The notes: generated by a model from the sequence alone, not told the origin. DNA of 64,000 nt from Candidatus Pacearchaeota archaeon (GCA_017609885.1 JAFCDB010000001.1:6732-70731); one strand, 5' to 3'; shown: positions 1 through 8,815, counted from the first letter of the stretch. Numbers and translations: made by a program.

Positions 1-495
1 AGCGATTCCAAGCCCTGCTAACAGCGGCCCAATTTGAATCCCCCACAAACTCATGATATATAGTAAAGAAATAATAATTAAACCAATATTCAGAACGCTT
101 CTGAACAGAGAGATTAAGGAGTCGTCGACATTTGATTTTGTCTTTGAAGTTAATTTTTTCAGGGCGGTGATTAAAATTACATCAACTATAATATAAATCA
201 TAAAAGCAATTGTTAAAACAATTATGGAATAAATTAAATTATTTAAAATGTTGTTGAGTAATTCTGAGAAATTTAGTTCTGTGAGTGTGATTTTTAGACT
301 GATTAATAATGCGAGTAAAGTAAGAGGTTTTGAGGTTTTTTTAAGTAATTTATCGTCTAAATCTGTTTTTGTTTTGCTTGTCAATTTCAAAGCCACTTTT
401 CCAAAGATATAAATTATGATTCTTAAAATTAGGAATAGGGCTATGAAAATTGCGAGTGCTCTTAAATAATTGTTTGGGATGTATTGTTCTAACAT
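1..495 (-). CDS. MscS-family mechanosensitive channel, N-terminal part (runs off the window start)
   Basis: Open frame from ATG at 495 to position 1 (absent from ORF track because truncated); TM helices ending ...IMSLWGIQIGPLLAGLGIA, typical MscS TM3 motif. Confidence 0.8.
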   Translation of the reverse strand, partial: MLEQYIPNNYLRALAIFIALFLILRIIIYIFGKVALKLTSKTKTDLDDKLLKKTSKPLTLLALLISLKITLTELNFSELLNNILNNLIYSIIVLTIAFMIYIIVDVILITALKKLTSKTKSNVDDSLISLFRSVLNIGLIIISLLYIMSLWGIQIGPLLAGLGIA

Positions 496-553
496 AATTT
501 TTAGAGGGAATTGGGGTTTTTATTTGTTTTGGAATTTGGTAGAAAAATTTAAA

Positions 554-573
554 AAGTATACCTTCGTATACTT
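554..573. promoter_or_regulatory. Inverted-repeat operator of TA operon
   Basis: AAGTATAC-cttc-GTATACTT between a TATA-like TTTAAAAA and the ATG at 577. Confidence 0.6.
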
Positions 574-576
574 AAC

Positions 577-816
577 ATGGAAACAACAATTAAACTTCAG
601 CAAAACACAAAATCTGAATTAGATAATTTTAGACAATACAAAAATGAAAGCTATAATGATTTAGTTAGAAAAATTTTGTATTTATTAAATGTTTGCAGAA
701 CTCAGCCAAAAATGACTCAAAAAACTATCATGGATATTGAAGAAGCACGAAAGCAAATTAAGCGAGGAGAGTTTTATACTGAAGAAGAAGCGAAGAAGAT
801 TTTGAAGATAACTTAA
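577..816 (+). CDS. Antitoxin (RHH-like N-terminus) of RelE-type TA pair
   Basis: 79 aa, METTIKL...ESYNDLV and C-terminal IKRGEFYTEEEAKKIL; directly upstream of RelE. Confidence 0.7.
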   Translation: METTIKLQQNTKSELDNFRQYKNESYNDLVRKILYLLNVCRTQPKMTQKTIMDIEEARKQIKRGEFYTEEEAKKILKIT

Positions 817-847
817 AATCCTTAAACTATAGGTTCCTATAATTTTT

Positions 848-1099
848 ATGTATAAGTTGATTTTTAGCAAGCGTGCAATCTATGAATTTAATCAACTTGA
901 AAAATTAATTAAAAGTAGAATTTGGAATAAACTTCAATTATGTAAGGAAAATCCATTTAAATATTTTGAAAAATTGAGAGGGATTAATTCTTTTAAATTA
1001 AGGGTTGGAAATTATAGGGTTGTGGCAGATATTAGTAAGGGCAAATTAATAATTTTAGTTTTGAAGGTGGGACATCGGAAAAAAGTTTATTACAAATAA
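848..1099 (+). CDS. relE: RelE/ParE-family toxin
   Basis: KLRVGNYRVV...VLKVGHRKKVY motif, 83 aa, basic. Confidence 0.9.
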   Translation: MYKLIFSKRAIYEFNQLEKLIKSRIWNKLQLCKENPFKYFEKLRGINSFKLRVGNYRVVADISKGKLIILVLKVGHRKKVYYK

Positions 1100-1248
1100 T
1101 TTCTTGTTTTAAACATTATAATATAAAATATAAATCTTTAAATATATTAAGATAATGCAGATATTATGAAAATCAGGAAATCTTTGAGATTAAAACTTCT
1201 CCACTATATGCTGATAATTTCTTAAGTGAAGACGAGTGAATATTTAAG

Positions 1249-1863
1249 TTACTTCCCCCTCCCCGCCACCCAAATTCCTACAAAAAGAATTCCTAATGCA
1301 ATTGCCAAAGCAGCACCCTGCCAAACAATTGAAATTCCTCCGGCATAAGAAAAAGCAATTGAAAACGGTGTAATTCCAATTATCGTCGCTAAAATATATG
1401 TTTTAAAAGAAATTCTGCTAAAAAGCCCAAATAAATAACTCAGTCCGTCAACAGGAACAGTCATTCTTAAAAAAACAATTGTTAGGAAGATATTTTTTTT
1501 AGGAATTCTTTTTTCAAATTCCTCAATTTCATTAAGGGAAACAATTTTTTTAATTAATTTTTTTCCATATTTTCGCGCAATTCCAAAGGCAATCGCAGCT
1601 CCAATTGTCCAGCCAACAATAGAAAGAAGCGCAGTTATCTGCCATCCCCAAAGCCCCGAGGCCAATGGCATCAAAGGCATCACTGCAACAGGTGCAAAAA
1701 CAATTGAAGCAATTACAATTAAAGTGTAAAGCAACATTCCCCAAATTCCAAAATCAATATTCTCCCTGACAAAATCAATATTCTCCTGCACAAGATACGA
1801 CATTAATACAAATAGAAAAATAACAATTATAATTCCGAGAATTGCTTTCGTTCTTTGGTTCAT
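1249..1863 (-). CDS. TVP38/TMEM64 (VTT/DedA-like) membrane protein
   Basis: Multi-TM; FLRMTVPVDGLSY and YILATIIGITP motifs. Confidence 0.85.
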   Translation of the reverse strand: MNQRTKAILGIIIVIFLFVLMSYLVQENIDFVRENIDFGIWGMLLYTLIVIASIVFAPVAVMPLMPLASGLWGWQITALLSIVGWTIGAAIAFGIARKYGKKLIKKIVSLNEIEEFEKRIPKKNIFLTIVFLRMTVPVDGLSYLFGLFSRISFKTYILATIIGITPFSIAFSYAGGISIVWQGAALAIALGILFVGIWVAGRGK

Positions 1864-2086
1864 AGTAGTAAAAGAATAAGGGATTTTAAGTATTTTTGCT
1901 TATGTAAAGTAAACTCATTAACTTAACATCCTTACACTTATTTTTTGTTCATTAATCATAAAAATATCAAAAATTACATAAGGATAACAGATATGGCAAT
2001 CAATTATCGAAAGAAAATAATGTTAAGTTATGAAGTGGACTTAACAGCTTAGAAGGATTTTTATAGATTATTTCTTTAATTCAATT

Positions 2087-2980
2087 ATGGGATGGAATTC
2101 AATAGATGAAGAGACGAGAATATCTATAACAAAAAAAGCGCATGAATACATCAAGATTTGTAAAGGAAAAAATAAAATTAGTGAAGATGCTGACCTAAGA
2201 TCGTCCCGAGAAATTCAGTTAGTTAATGAAATCGTAGAAGCTGTTCAGCCATATCTAAGAGAAACAGCCTCAACTTATCTTAACGGGGCAGTTCGTGTAG
2301 AATTTGCAAACAGACGAACATTAGAATTATCAGGTATTAATGCCCGAAATTTTTTTACAGTCGATGATCTTGTCAATCAAGCATCTCTAACTCTAATTCA
2401 AAAATTACATCAATATAATCCAAAATTTTGTTTTTCAACTTTTCTTTGTAAAACTGTTCCCTCAAGAATGCATAAATATGTAAAAAGGTATTCTTCAGGA
2501 ATCTCATATTTGCCGCACAGGAAGATTGAAAGAGCAAGAAAACAATCAAATGGTTCAATAATAAAAACTTTGGTAAAAAATTCTGGACTGAACTATGAAC
2601 AAGCAGAACTAATCGCCTTAGCAATTCTTGAAGATCATTTTCAGATAAACCATCAGGCTCATAGCTATGAGAGAAAGGATAACAATAGAAAAAAAGTAAT
2701 CCTTGACTATTATTTAAGAAACAAACTCTCCAATTCAAGCATAAGAAGAACAGTTGATTTATTGATATTAGAAGAAGAAATGAAAAAGTTAATTAAAAAT
2801 TTAGAAAATGATGAACAAGAAGTTATTAATTGTCGGTTTTTTTGTGAAATGAGTTTAAAAGAAACAGGAAAGAGAATTGGAAAATGGAAATCAGGAGTCA
2901 TGAGAATTCAAAACAGAGCATTAAAAAAACTTCGACAAAATCTTGTTTTTGATCAAGGATTAGTTGATTTTATTTACTAA
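2087..2980 (+). CDS. Sigma-70-family-like protein (regions 2 and 4)
   Basis: DDLVNQASLTLIQKLHQYNPKFCFSTF resembles region 2.2-2.3; LENDEQEVINCRFFCEMSLKETGKRIGKWKSGVMRIQNRALKKLR resembles the region 4 HTH. Confidence 0.75.
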   Translation: MGWNSIDEETRISITKKAHEYIKICKGKNKISEDADLRSSREIQLVNEIVEAVQPYLRETASTYLNGAVRVEFANRRTLELSGINARNFFTVDDLVNQASLTLIQKLHQYNPKFCFSTFLCKTVPSRMHKYVKRYSSGISYLPHRKIERARKQSNGSIIKTLVKNSGLNYEQAELIALAILEDHFQINHQAHSYERKDNNRKKVILDYYLRNKLSNSSIRRTVDLLILEEEMKKLIKNLENDEQEVINCRFFCEMSLKETGKRIGKWKSGVMRIQNRALKKLRQNLVFDQGLVDFIY

Positions 2981-3038
2981 TCCCATTTTCATAAGGCACA
3001 AATACAAAAAAAATTATTCCAACTATGATTTTCTATTT

Positions 3039-3623
3039 TCATTTTTTCAACCCTCTCCCATATCTCCACAACCCAATTAATAAAACAATTTCCAAAAACA
3101 GTGGAACAATTAAAAAAATTAATTTTGAATTTTTCTTTTCTGAAACATTTCCTACTAAAAGATTAAGTCCGAGCGAGCCTCCGGTTATTGGGCCTGGATT
3201 ATTGCTTATTGTAATTCCGCTGTTTCCATTATTGTTATTTCCATCCTCATTTCCATCATCTTTATTTCCTTCATCATCTTCATCTTCTGGATTATCAGGG
3301 TTATTAGTGTTATCTGGGGGTTCTTCAGGAGGGTTTTCTGGAGGATTATCTGGAATAGTCCCGGGCTCTTCATTCAAGTAAGTGCATGAAAAACCTTCAT
3401 CATTACATCTGTTAATATGCTGCGGGCAAAAAACTCCTGGAGAAGTTTCATCAACACAAAACTGGCATCCTGACGAACTTTCGCATTCGCGGTCAGGTAT
3501 AGACGGATTGCATAGGGAAAACTCTAAGATTCCTCCTTCATCTAAACAGACCAACTGCAGCTCTGCAAATACAAAAGGAAAACTAATCAAAATCAACAAC
3601 AAAATAATTATCATACTTTTCAT
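3039..3623 (-). CDS. Secreted/membrane-anchored Cys-rich surface protein
   Basis: Signal peptide, Cys-rich domain, Pro/Asn/Asp-rich linker, C-terminal TM. Confidence 0.65.
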   Translation of the reverse strand: MKSMIIILLLILISFPFVFAELQLVCLDEGGILEFSLCNPSIPDRECESSSGCQFCVDETSPGVFCPQHINRCNDEGFSCTYLNEEPGTIPDNPPENPPEEPPDNTNNPDNPEDEDDEGNKDDGNEDGNNNNGNSGITISNNPGPITGGSLGLNLLVGNVSEKKNSKLIFLIVPLFLEIVLLIGLWRYGRGLKK

Positions 3624-3773
3624 AGAAAATGTATTTAAAATGACTTTTTAAAAATTGTTGTGCTAAATTTATTTAACTCAAGATATAGTATGATTGAGAT
3701 GATAATTATTGGACACGCTTAGTTGATTATCAGTGCACAGAACTTTTATAAATCCTAAGAACTTGGTTTAATC

Positions 3774-4901
3774 ATGGTGAGTGTAAATCCTTGGAAAGTT
3801 AAAGGCGAAGTTGATTATAACAAACTGGTAAAGGAGTTTGGACTGACGCCGATGAAAAAACTTCCGGAGATTTTTAATAAAAATTTACTTTTTAGAAGAA
3901 AAATTGTTTTTGCAAATCGAGATATTGCCCGTATTTTAGATGCAGTAAAAAATAAAAAGAAATTTGTTGTTATGACTGGATTGATGCCGACAGGCAAATT
4001 GCATATTGGACATCTCTTATTAATTAATCAATTAATATTCTGGCAAAAGTTAGGAGCAAAACTTTACATTGCTGTTGCAGACCTTGAGGCGTACAATGCG
4101 CGCGGACAGAGCTTGGAAGAAAGCAGAAAAATTGCAATTGAACAATATCTTTTGAATTATATTGCGTTAGGACTTTCACCAAAAAACTGCGATTTTTATT
4201 TTCAGAGCGAAAGATCTAAAGATGCTGAAAAATCAAATGCTTACTATAGGCTTGCTTCAAATTTTTCGCGATATGCAACATTCAATGAGTTTAAAGCTGT
4301 TTACGGCGAAATTTCTCCAGGCAAAATGAATGCCTCACTTATTCAAGCTGCAGATATGTTCCACCCCCAGCTCCCAGAATTTGAAGGAAAACCCCTCCCT
4401 GTTTTAGTTCCTGTAGGAATTGACCAAGACCCGCACTTGAGAATTGCAAGAGACATAAGCCAAAGATACAAAGATTACAAATTCATTCAGCTAAGTTCAA
4501 CTTATCATCTTTTTTCTCCTGGTTTGAAAGGAGACAAAATGTCTGCTTCAGATTCTTCTTCATATATTTCTTTGACAGACACACCAGCAGAAATAAAAAG
4601 AAAAATAAATAAATATGCATTTTCAGGTGGGGGAGAAACAACAGAAGAGCATAGGAAAAAAGGGGGAAATCCAGATGTTGATGTTTCATTTCAGTATTTG
4701 AAAATGTTTTTTGAGGAAGATGATTTGAAATTGGCAGAGATTGAGAAAGATTATCGAAGTGGAAAGTTGTTAACTGGAGAATTAAAGAAAATCTTAATTG
4801 AGAAGATAAATTCTTTTTTGAAAGTGCATCAAGGAAAACGCGAGAAGGCGCGAAAGATGGTGGATAAATTTGTTTACAAAGATGTTACTACTTCTAAATA
4901 A
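3774..4901 (+). CDS. trpS: Tryptophan--tRNA ligase (archaeal type)
   Basis: HIGH motif, VPVGIDQDPH, KMSAS, YAFSGGG. Confidence 0.95.
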   Translation: MVSVNPWKVKGEVDYNKLVKEFGLTPMKKLPEIFNKNLLFRRKIVFANRDIARILDAVKNKKKFVVMTGLMPTGKLHIGHLLLINQLIFWQKLGAKLYIAVADLEAYNARGQSLEESRKIAIEQYLLNYIALGLSPKNCDFYFQSERSKDAEKSNAYYRLASNFSRYATFNEFKAVYGEISPGKMNASLIQAADMFHPQLPEFEGKPLPVLVPVGIDQDPHLRIARDISQRYKDYKFIQLSSTYHLFSPGLKGDKMSASDSSSYISLTDTPAEIKRKINKYAFSGGGETTEEHRKKGGNPDVDVSFQYLKMFFEEDDLKLAEIEKDYRSGKLLTGELKKILIEKINSFLKVHQGKREKARKMVDKFVYKDVTTSK

Positions 4902-4951
4902 CGCCAATAGAAAGGTTTATAAAAGGTGGATTCTATGATGTGTTGATTAAA

Positions 4952-5401
4952 ATGAGTAAATATCCAATAATGATTTATGGAGTGAATTTATTTGAAATTC
5001 CTAGAGAACGAAAGAATTTGCCAGATGAAATTGATAGAGCTATAGGAATTAATGTGGAAAAATTAGAAGAAAGAGTTGAAGATTGCAGATTAGTATTACA
5101 TATTAAAGATAATTATTTAGAAAATGACAATGTAGATGAAGAATCAGTCCATATTGGAGAGATGATTAATGATAATTATGCAACTTTTTATCAAGGCGAC
5201 ACTTTTGAAGATGATTTTAAAGATGATTTTTGTGAAACTAAGAGAGAACATAGAGGTTTTTTAGAATGCCCAAGCTACGATATTGAACAAATAATTCAAT
5301 TAAAAAATGATTCCTCTGAACTAATTAGAAAATTAAAACTATTGGGATTAAATGTTGAACCAGAAGATCTTAGACTTTATGGTTGTGTGGAGGATGATTA
5401 A
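4952..5401 (+). CDS. Hypothetical acidic protein
   Basis: Long ORF with TATA (TTTATAAA) about 30 nt upstream. Confidence 0.55.
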   Translation: MSKYPIMIYGVNLFEIPRERKNLPDEIDRAIGINVEKLEERVEDCRLVLHIKDNYLENDNVDEESVHIGEMINDNYATFYQGDTFEDDFKDDFCETKREHRGFLECPSYDIEQIIQLKNDSSELIRKLKLLGLNVEPEDLRLYGCVEDD

Positions 5402-5402
5402 A

Positions 5403-5744
5403 ATGTTACAAAGAATAAAAGATTTATTTTCAAAACAAGAAGAAGAAGATTACTCTTGTGTGGAGGGAGATGTATTTGCGATTGGAGATTGTATTGAACC
5501 AGAATTCAAAGTTATTGATGTTAATCGTGATGGTTGGACTTATTCATTTAAAGTTCCAAAATTAATGGATATTCATATGGAAGATAATGTAAAGATTTAT
5601 GGAGAAAATCTTAGAGAATATAGAAATCAAGAAGTTGTTAGATTTACTAATTATGGAAAATCAAATTTTGAAAAAATAAAATGGGATTTTAATCCAAAAG
5701 GATTATTTGAAAACAGGGAAGTTAGATTGGGCAATATTGCTTAA
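5403..5744 (+). CDS. Hypothetical protein
   Basis: ATG 1 nt after the preceding TAA. Confidence 0.55.
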   Translation: MLQRIKDLFSKQEEEDYSCVEGDVFAIGDCIEPEFKVIDVNRDGWTYSFKVPKLMDIHMEDNVKIYGENLREYRNQEVVRFTNYGKSNFEKIKWDFNPKGLFENREVRLGNIA

Positions 5745-5751
5745 GTTTTTC

Positions 5752-6035
5752 TTAAAGATTTACAAGTTGTCTGTCTATATGTCCAAGTGAAATTTGCCCA
5801 CCATTTAGTCTTTTTACGCTTTCTTTAATTAATTCTTCTGCTTCTTCTGAAACTTCAGTATACATTCTTAAAACATCATCAATTTTATTATAAAACAATG
5901 CCAGTTGTGAAGCATGTTCTTGATATTCAGAGGGATTAAGTAAAAGTACTTTATATTTATTATCTTTAATTCCTATAAAAACTTTGTGACCCCTTTAAAT
6001 TCTTCTTTTACAGCATCTTTAAATTCTCTTATCAT
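5752..6035 (-). pseudogene. Frameshifted small hypothetical gene
   Basis: MIREFKDAVKEEFKGVTKFL* then a long open -1 frame IGIKDNKYKVLLLNPSEY...VNL*; one extra base in the T5 run would give a 94-aa ORF. Confidence 0.45.
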
Positions 6036-6125
6036 GTCTTATTTCAAACTTCTCTATTTTTAAGTTTTATTGCACTTAAGTTTTTTTGTCTAAAGTTTTA
6101 AATATCCTGTTTCTTTGTCTTTGAT

Positions 6126-7421
6126 ATGAAAGAAGATGCAGAGCACAAAGAACTTTTGAAAAAAATGTCAAAGGTAAAAATGAGTGCGCCAAAAGGTAAA
6201 AATAATTTGAAAAGCAATGTTGAACTTGGTAGAGATTTGGATTTGTATATAGTTAGCGAGATTGTCGGCGGTGGTTTGCCGTTGTTTACTCCAAAAGGGG
6301 CTGTGATAAAAAGAGAGATTGAGAGATTTGCAACAGATGAAGAAATTAAAAGAGATTATCTTCATACTTCAACGCCTTTTATGGCTAAATCAGATTTATA
6401 CAAAGTTTCAGGACACTGGCAACATTATCAGAAAGATATGTTTTGTTTGAATGTGGGAAAAGAAATTTTTGCCTTGCGTCCGATGACTTGCCCTTTTCAT
6501 TTTGTTTTATACAAAAGGAAGCCAAGGAGTTACAAGGAACTTCCTTTGAAATATGCTGAAGTTTCTACAATGTTCCGAAATGAACAATCTGGGGAATTAA
6601 GAGGATTGACAAGAGTGAGGCAAATGACATTGACAGATGCGCATATTATCTGCACGCCTGAGCAATTAGAAAAAGAATTTGAGAAAGTTTTGGATTTATT
6701 AAAATATACAATGGACAAACTTGGAGTTAAAGATATTTGGTACAGATTTTCAAGGTGGGACCCTAAAAACAAGGGAAAATATATTGATAATCCTCGGGCT
6801 TGGAAAGATTCTGAAGAAAAAATGAAGAAAATTTTAAATAAATTAAAAGTAAAATACAAAGAAGCAAAAGATGAGGCAGCGTTTTACGGCCCTAAATTAG
6901 ATTTGCAATATGAAGATGTTTATGGAAAAGAAGATACATTGTTAACTGTTCAAATTGATTTTGCACTTCCTGAGAGATTTGACCTAACTTACAAAGACAA
7001 AAAAGATAAATTGCAACATCCGATTATTATTCATCATTCTTCAACAGGCACTACAGAAAGAATGATTGCATATCTTTTGGAAAAAAATCAGGGGACGCTT
7101 CCAATGTGGCTTTCCCCAATCCAAATTAGAGTGATAAATTTTACTGATAGGAATAATAAATATGCAGAGATGGTTGTTGAGAAGATTAAGGCAGGAATTC
7201 CTGATGTGAGAATTGATGTTGATTTTGATACTGTTCCTTTAAGAGGGAAAATTCGAAATGCAGGAATGCAAAAAATTCCTTATATTATTGTTGTTGGGGA
7301 TAAGGAGGAAAAAGCAAAAACAATTGCTGTTAGAAAAAGAGGGGATAAGAAAATTAATTCAGAAAGTGTAGAAAAGTTTATTAAAGAAATTAAATTAGAA
7401 ATTGAGGAGAGGAAATGTTAA
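6126..7421 (+). CDS. thrS: Threonine--tRNA ligase, catalytic and anticodon-binding domains only
   Basis: SGHWQHY, LRPMTCPFH, GLTRVRQ, AAFYGPKLD motifs; no N-terminal TGS/editing domain (431 aa). Confidence 0.95.
   Translation: MKEDAEHKELLKKMSKVKMSAPKGKNNLKSNVELGRDLDLYIVSEIVGGGLPLFTPKGAVIKREIERFATDEEIKRDYLHTSTPFMAKSDLYKVSGHWQHYQKDMFCLNVGKEIFALRPMTCPFHFVLYKRKPRSYKELPLKYAEVSTMFRNEQSGELRGLTRVRQMTLTDAHIICTPEQLEKEFEKVLDLLKYTMDKLGVKDIWYRFSRWDPKNKGKYIDNPRAWKDSEEKMKKILNKLKVKYKEAKDEAAFYGPKLDLQYEDVYGKEDTLLTVQIDFALPERFDLTYKDKKDKLQHPIIIHHSSTGTTERMIAYLLEKNQGTLPMWLSPIQIRVINFTDRNNKYAEMVVEKIKAGIPDVRIDVDFDTVPLRGKIRNAGMQKIPYIIVVGDKEEKAKTIAVRKRGDKKINSESVEKFIKEIKLEIEERKC
7365..7417 (+). repeat. 53-bp direct repeat, copy 1 (thrS 3' end)
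   Basis: AGTGTAGAAAAGTTTATTAAAGAAATTAAATTAGAAATTGAGGAGAGGAAATG identical to 8006-8058. Confidence 0.95.
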
Positions 7422-7444
7422 TAGAAAAATATTTAAACTCTAAT

Positions 7445-7462
7445 TCACTTACTTGTAAGTGA
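7445..7462. promoter_or_regulatory. Inverted-repeat operator of TA cassette
   Basis: TCACTTAC-tt-GTAAGTGA between TATA-like TTTAAA and ATG 7473. Confidence 0.6.
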
Positions 7463-7472
7463 TATAACTTAC

Positions 7473-7685
7473 ATGGAATTATTAATGAGCAAGCACGCAC
7501 ATGAACAAGCACGTGAGAGGGGCGTTAGCATTAATGAGATAAAAGAAGCTATCCAAAGAGGATCAAAATTTCTCCAAGGAAATAAAGTAGTTTCAAATTA
7601 TAGGCATATTAAAATAGTATTTAAAAAAATGAAAAATAAATTTTTTGTTGTAACAGTCATGATAAGGAAAGAAAATGAAAGATAA
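7473..7685 (+). CDS. DUF4258-family putative toxin
   Basis: SKHAHEQARERGVSINEIKEAIQRG...VVTVM pattern. Confidence 0.75.
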   Translation: MELLMSKHAHEQARERGVSINEIKEAIQRGSKFLQGNKVVSNYRHIKIVFKKMKNKFFVVTVMIRKENER

Positions 7686-8007
7686 ATGTGTTTTATGCGG
7701 TGGAACTTTGAAAAAGAAGTTAGTCAACTATGAAATTTATGGAAAAAGTATAGGAAAATTTTCTGCATTAGTATGTGATTCTTGTGGAGAACAGTGGTTT
7801 GATGAGAAAACATCTAAAAAAATACAAGAAGTTGAAAAGAAAAAAGGACTTTTTGGACTTTCAGTAGAAACAAAAGTTAGTTATTCAGGCAATTCACTTA
7901 TAATTAGAGTTCCAAAAAATTTAGCAGAATTTATGAATATTAAAAAAGAAACAAGAGTAACTTTATATCCTGAAAATAAAGACAAGATTTGTGTGATGAT
8001 AAAATAG
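7675..8007 (+). CDS. YgiT/MqsA-type Zn finger fused to AbrB/MazE-type DNA-binding domain (antitoxin)
   Basis: CVLCGG...CDSCGEQWF; GNSLIIRVPK. Confidence 0.8.
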   Translation: MKDKCVLCGGTLKKKLVNYEIYGKSIGKFSALVCDSCGEQWFDEKTSKKIQEVEKKKGLFGLSVETKVSYSGNSLIIRVPKNLAEFMNIKKETRVTLYPENKDKICVMIK

Positions 8008-8058
8008 TGTAGAAAAGTTTATTAAAGAAATTAAATTAGAAATTGAGGAGAGGAAATG
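8006..8058 (+). repeat. 53-bp direct repeat, copy 2
   Basis: Identical to 7365-7417; ends in the ATG of the next gene. Confidence 0.95.
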
Positions 8059-8550
8059 AAAATACAACCATACTTTGAAAAATTAAATGAATCAAAAAAG
8101 TTTCAGAACTTTAAATCAAAAAATCCAAAAGCATTTTTTTCAGCAGGATTTTTTGTCCTGGATTTTGTAGAAAAGAAAAACCTTCATCAGTTGGATTATT
8201 ATCTTCCTGAAGAAAAAAAAATGACGACATTTATGCTTGATGGAAATGTTGAGATGAAAAAAAGCGAGATTTCTGGAAAAGGAACTCCAAAGGAAATTCA
8301 GGGAGATATTAAATTAGATTTAGATATTTTAAAAGGAATTGTCGAAGATGAAATGAAAAATCACACAATTACTCATAAACTTCATAAGATAGTTGCAATT
8401 ATTCAAAACCTCAACGGGAAATTAATTTGGAATTTAAACTGCATTACAAGCGACATGGGAATTATAAAAGTTCATATTGATGATGCAACTCATTCTGTTT
8501 TGAAATTTGAGCCGTTGAATTTGTTTGATATTGTAAAGAAGTTGAAGTGA
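8056..8550 (+). CDS. Hypothetical protein
   Basis: 164-aa ORF whose ATG lies in the repeat and would overlap the thrS stop in the empty site. Confidence 0.7.
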   Translation: MKIQPYFEKLNESKKFQNFKSKNPKAFFSAGFFVLDFVEKKNLHQLDYYLPEEKKMTTFMLDGNVEMKKSEISGKGTPKEIQGDIKLDLDILKGIVEDEMKNHTITHKLHKIVAIIQNLNGKLIWNLNCITSDMGIIKVHIDDATHSVLKFEPLNLFDIVKKLK

Positions 8551-8564
8551 GAGTTACTCAAAAA

Positions 8565-8770
8565 AATTTGCTCCTGAATCGACTTTCAGCACGATTCTCC
8601 GCAGAAGAATTCCGCAAATCTTTGGAACAATATTTACTATGATTATAATTTCATTACTCAACTTTTAGAAAACCAAATCTGCAAATCGTTATTGAATTTT
8701 TAGCATTAACTTATTTCCCCAAAATTTTTCCCGAACTCTGAAGGAAAAATTCTTCCTCTTCCCCCAATTC
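8565..8770. repeat. Structured non-coding repeat (R1), copy a
   Basis: Colinear similarity to 43483-43756 (AATTTGCTCC, GGAACAATATTTA, TTTTAGAAAA, CAAATCTGCAAATC, ACTTATTTCCC, AAAAATTCTTCC). Confidence 0.8.
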
Positions 8771-8815
8771 CTACCAAGTAACAAAATTTATAAATCCTCT
8801 TCCAATCTTATTTTT

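Larger units (their letters stand above)
7365..8058 (+). mobile_element. Minimal TA cassette bracketed by 53-bp direct repeats
   Basis: Exact repeats flank promoter, operator and a two-gene TA module; no recombinase gene inside. Confidence 0.7.

Noticed and set aside
1917..2033. 11-bp inverted repeat TAACTTAACAT/ATGTTAAGTTA upstream of the sigma-like gene
   Set aside because: AT-rich and about 90 bp apart; not distinguishable from chance without homologs
3025..3651. Plus-strand ORFs 3025-3381 and 3382-3651, and the many similar antisense ORFs in the track (for example 9387-9875, 31192-31680, 45331-45753)
   Set aside because: Shadow frames of well-supported genes, Phe/Ser/Leu-rich, no motifs
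3676..3691. NrdR-box-like ACTCAAGATATAGTAT upstream of trpS
   Set aside because: Single site with no partner at 31-32 bp; such matches are expected in AT-rich DNA
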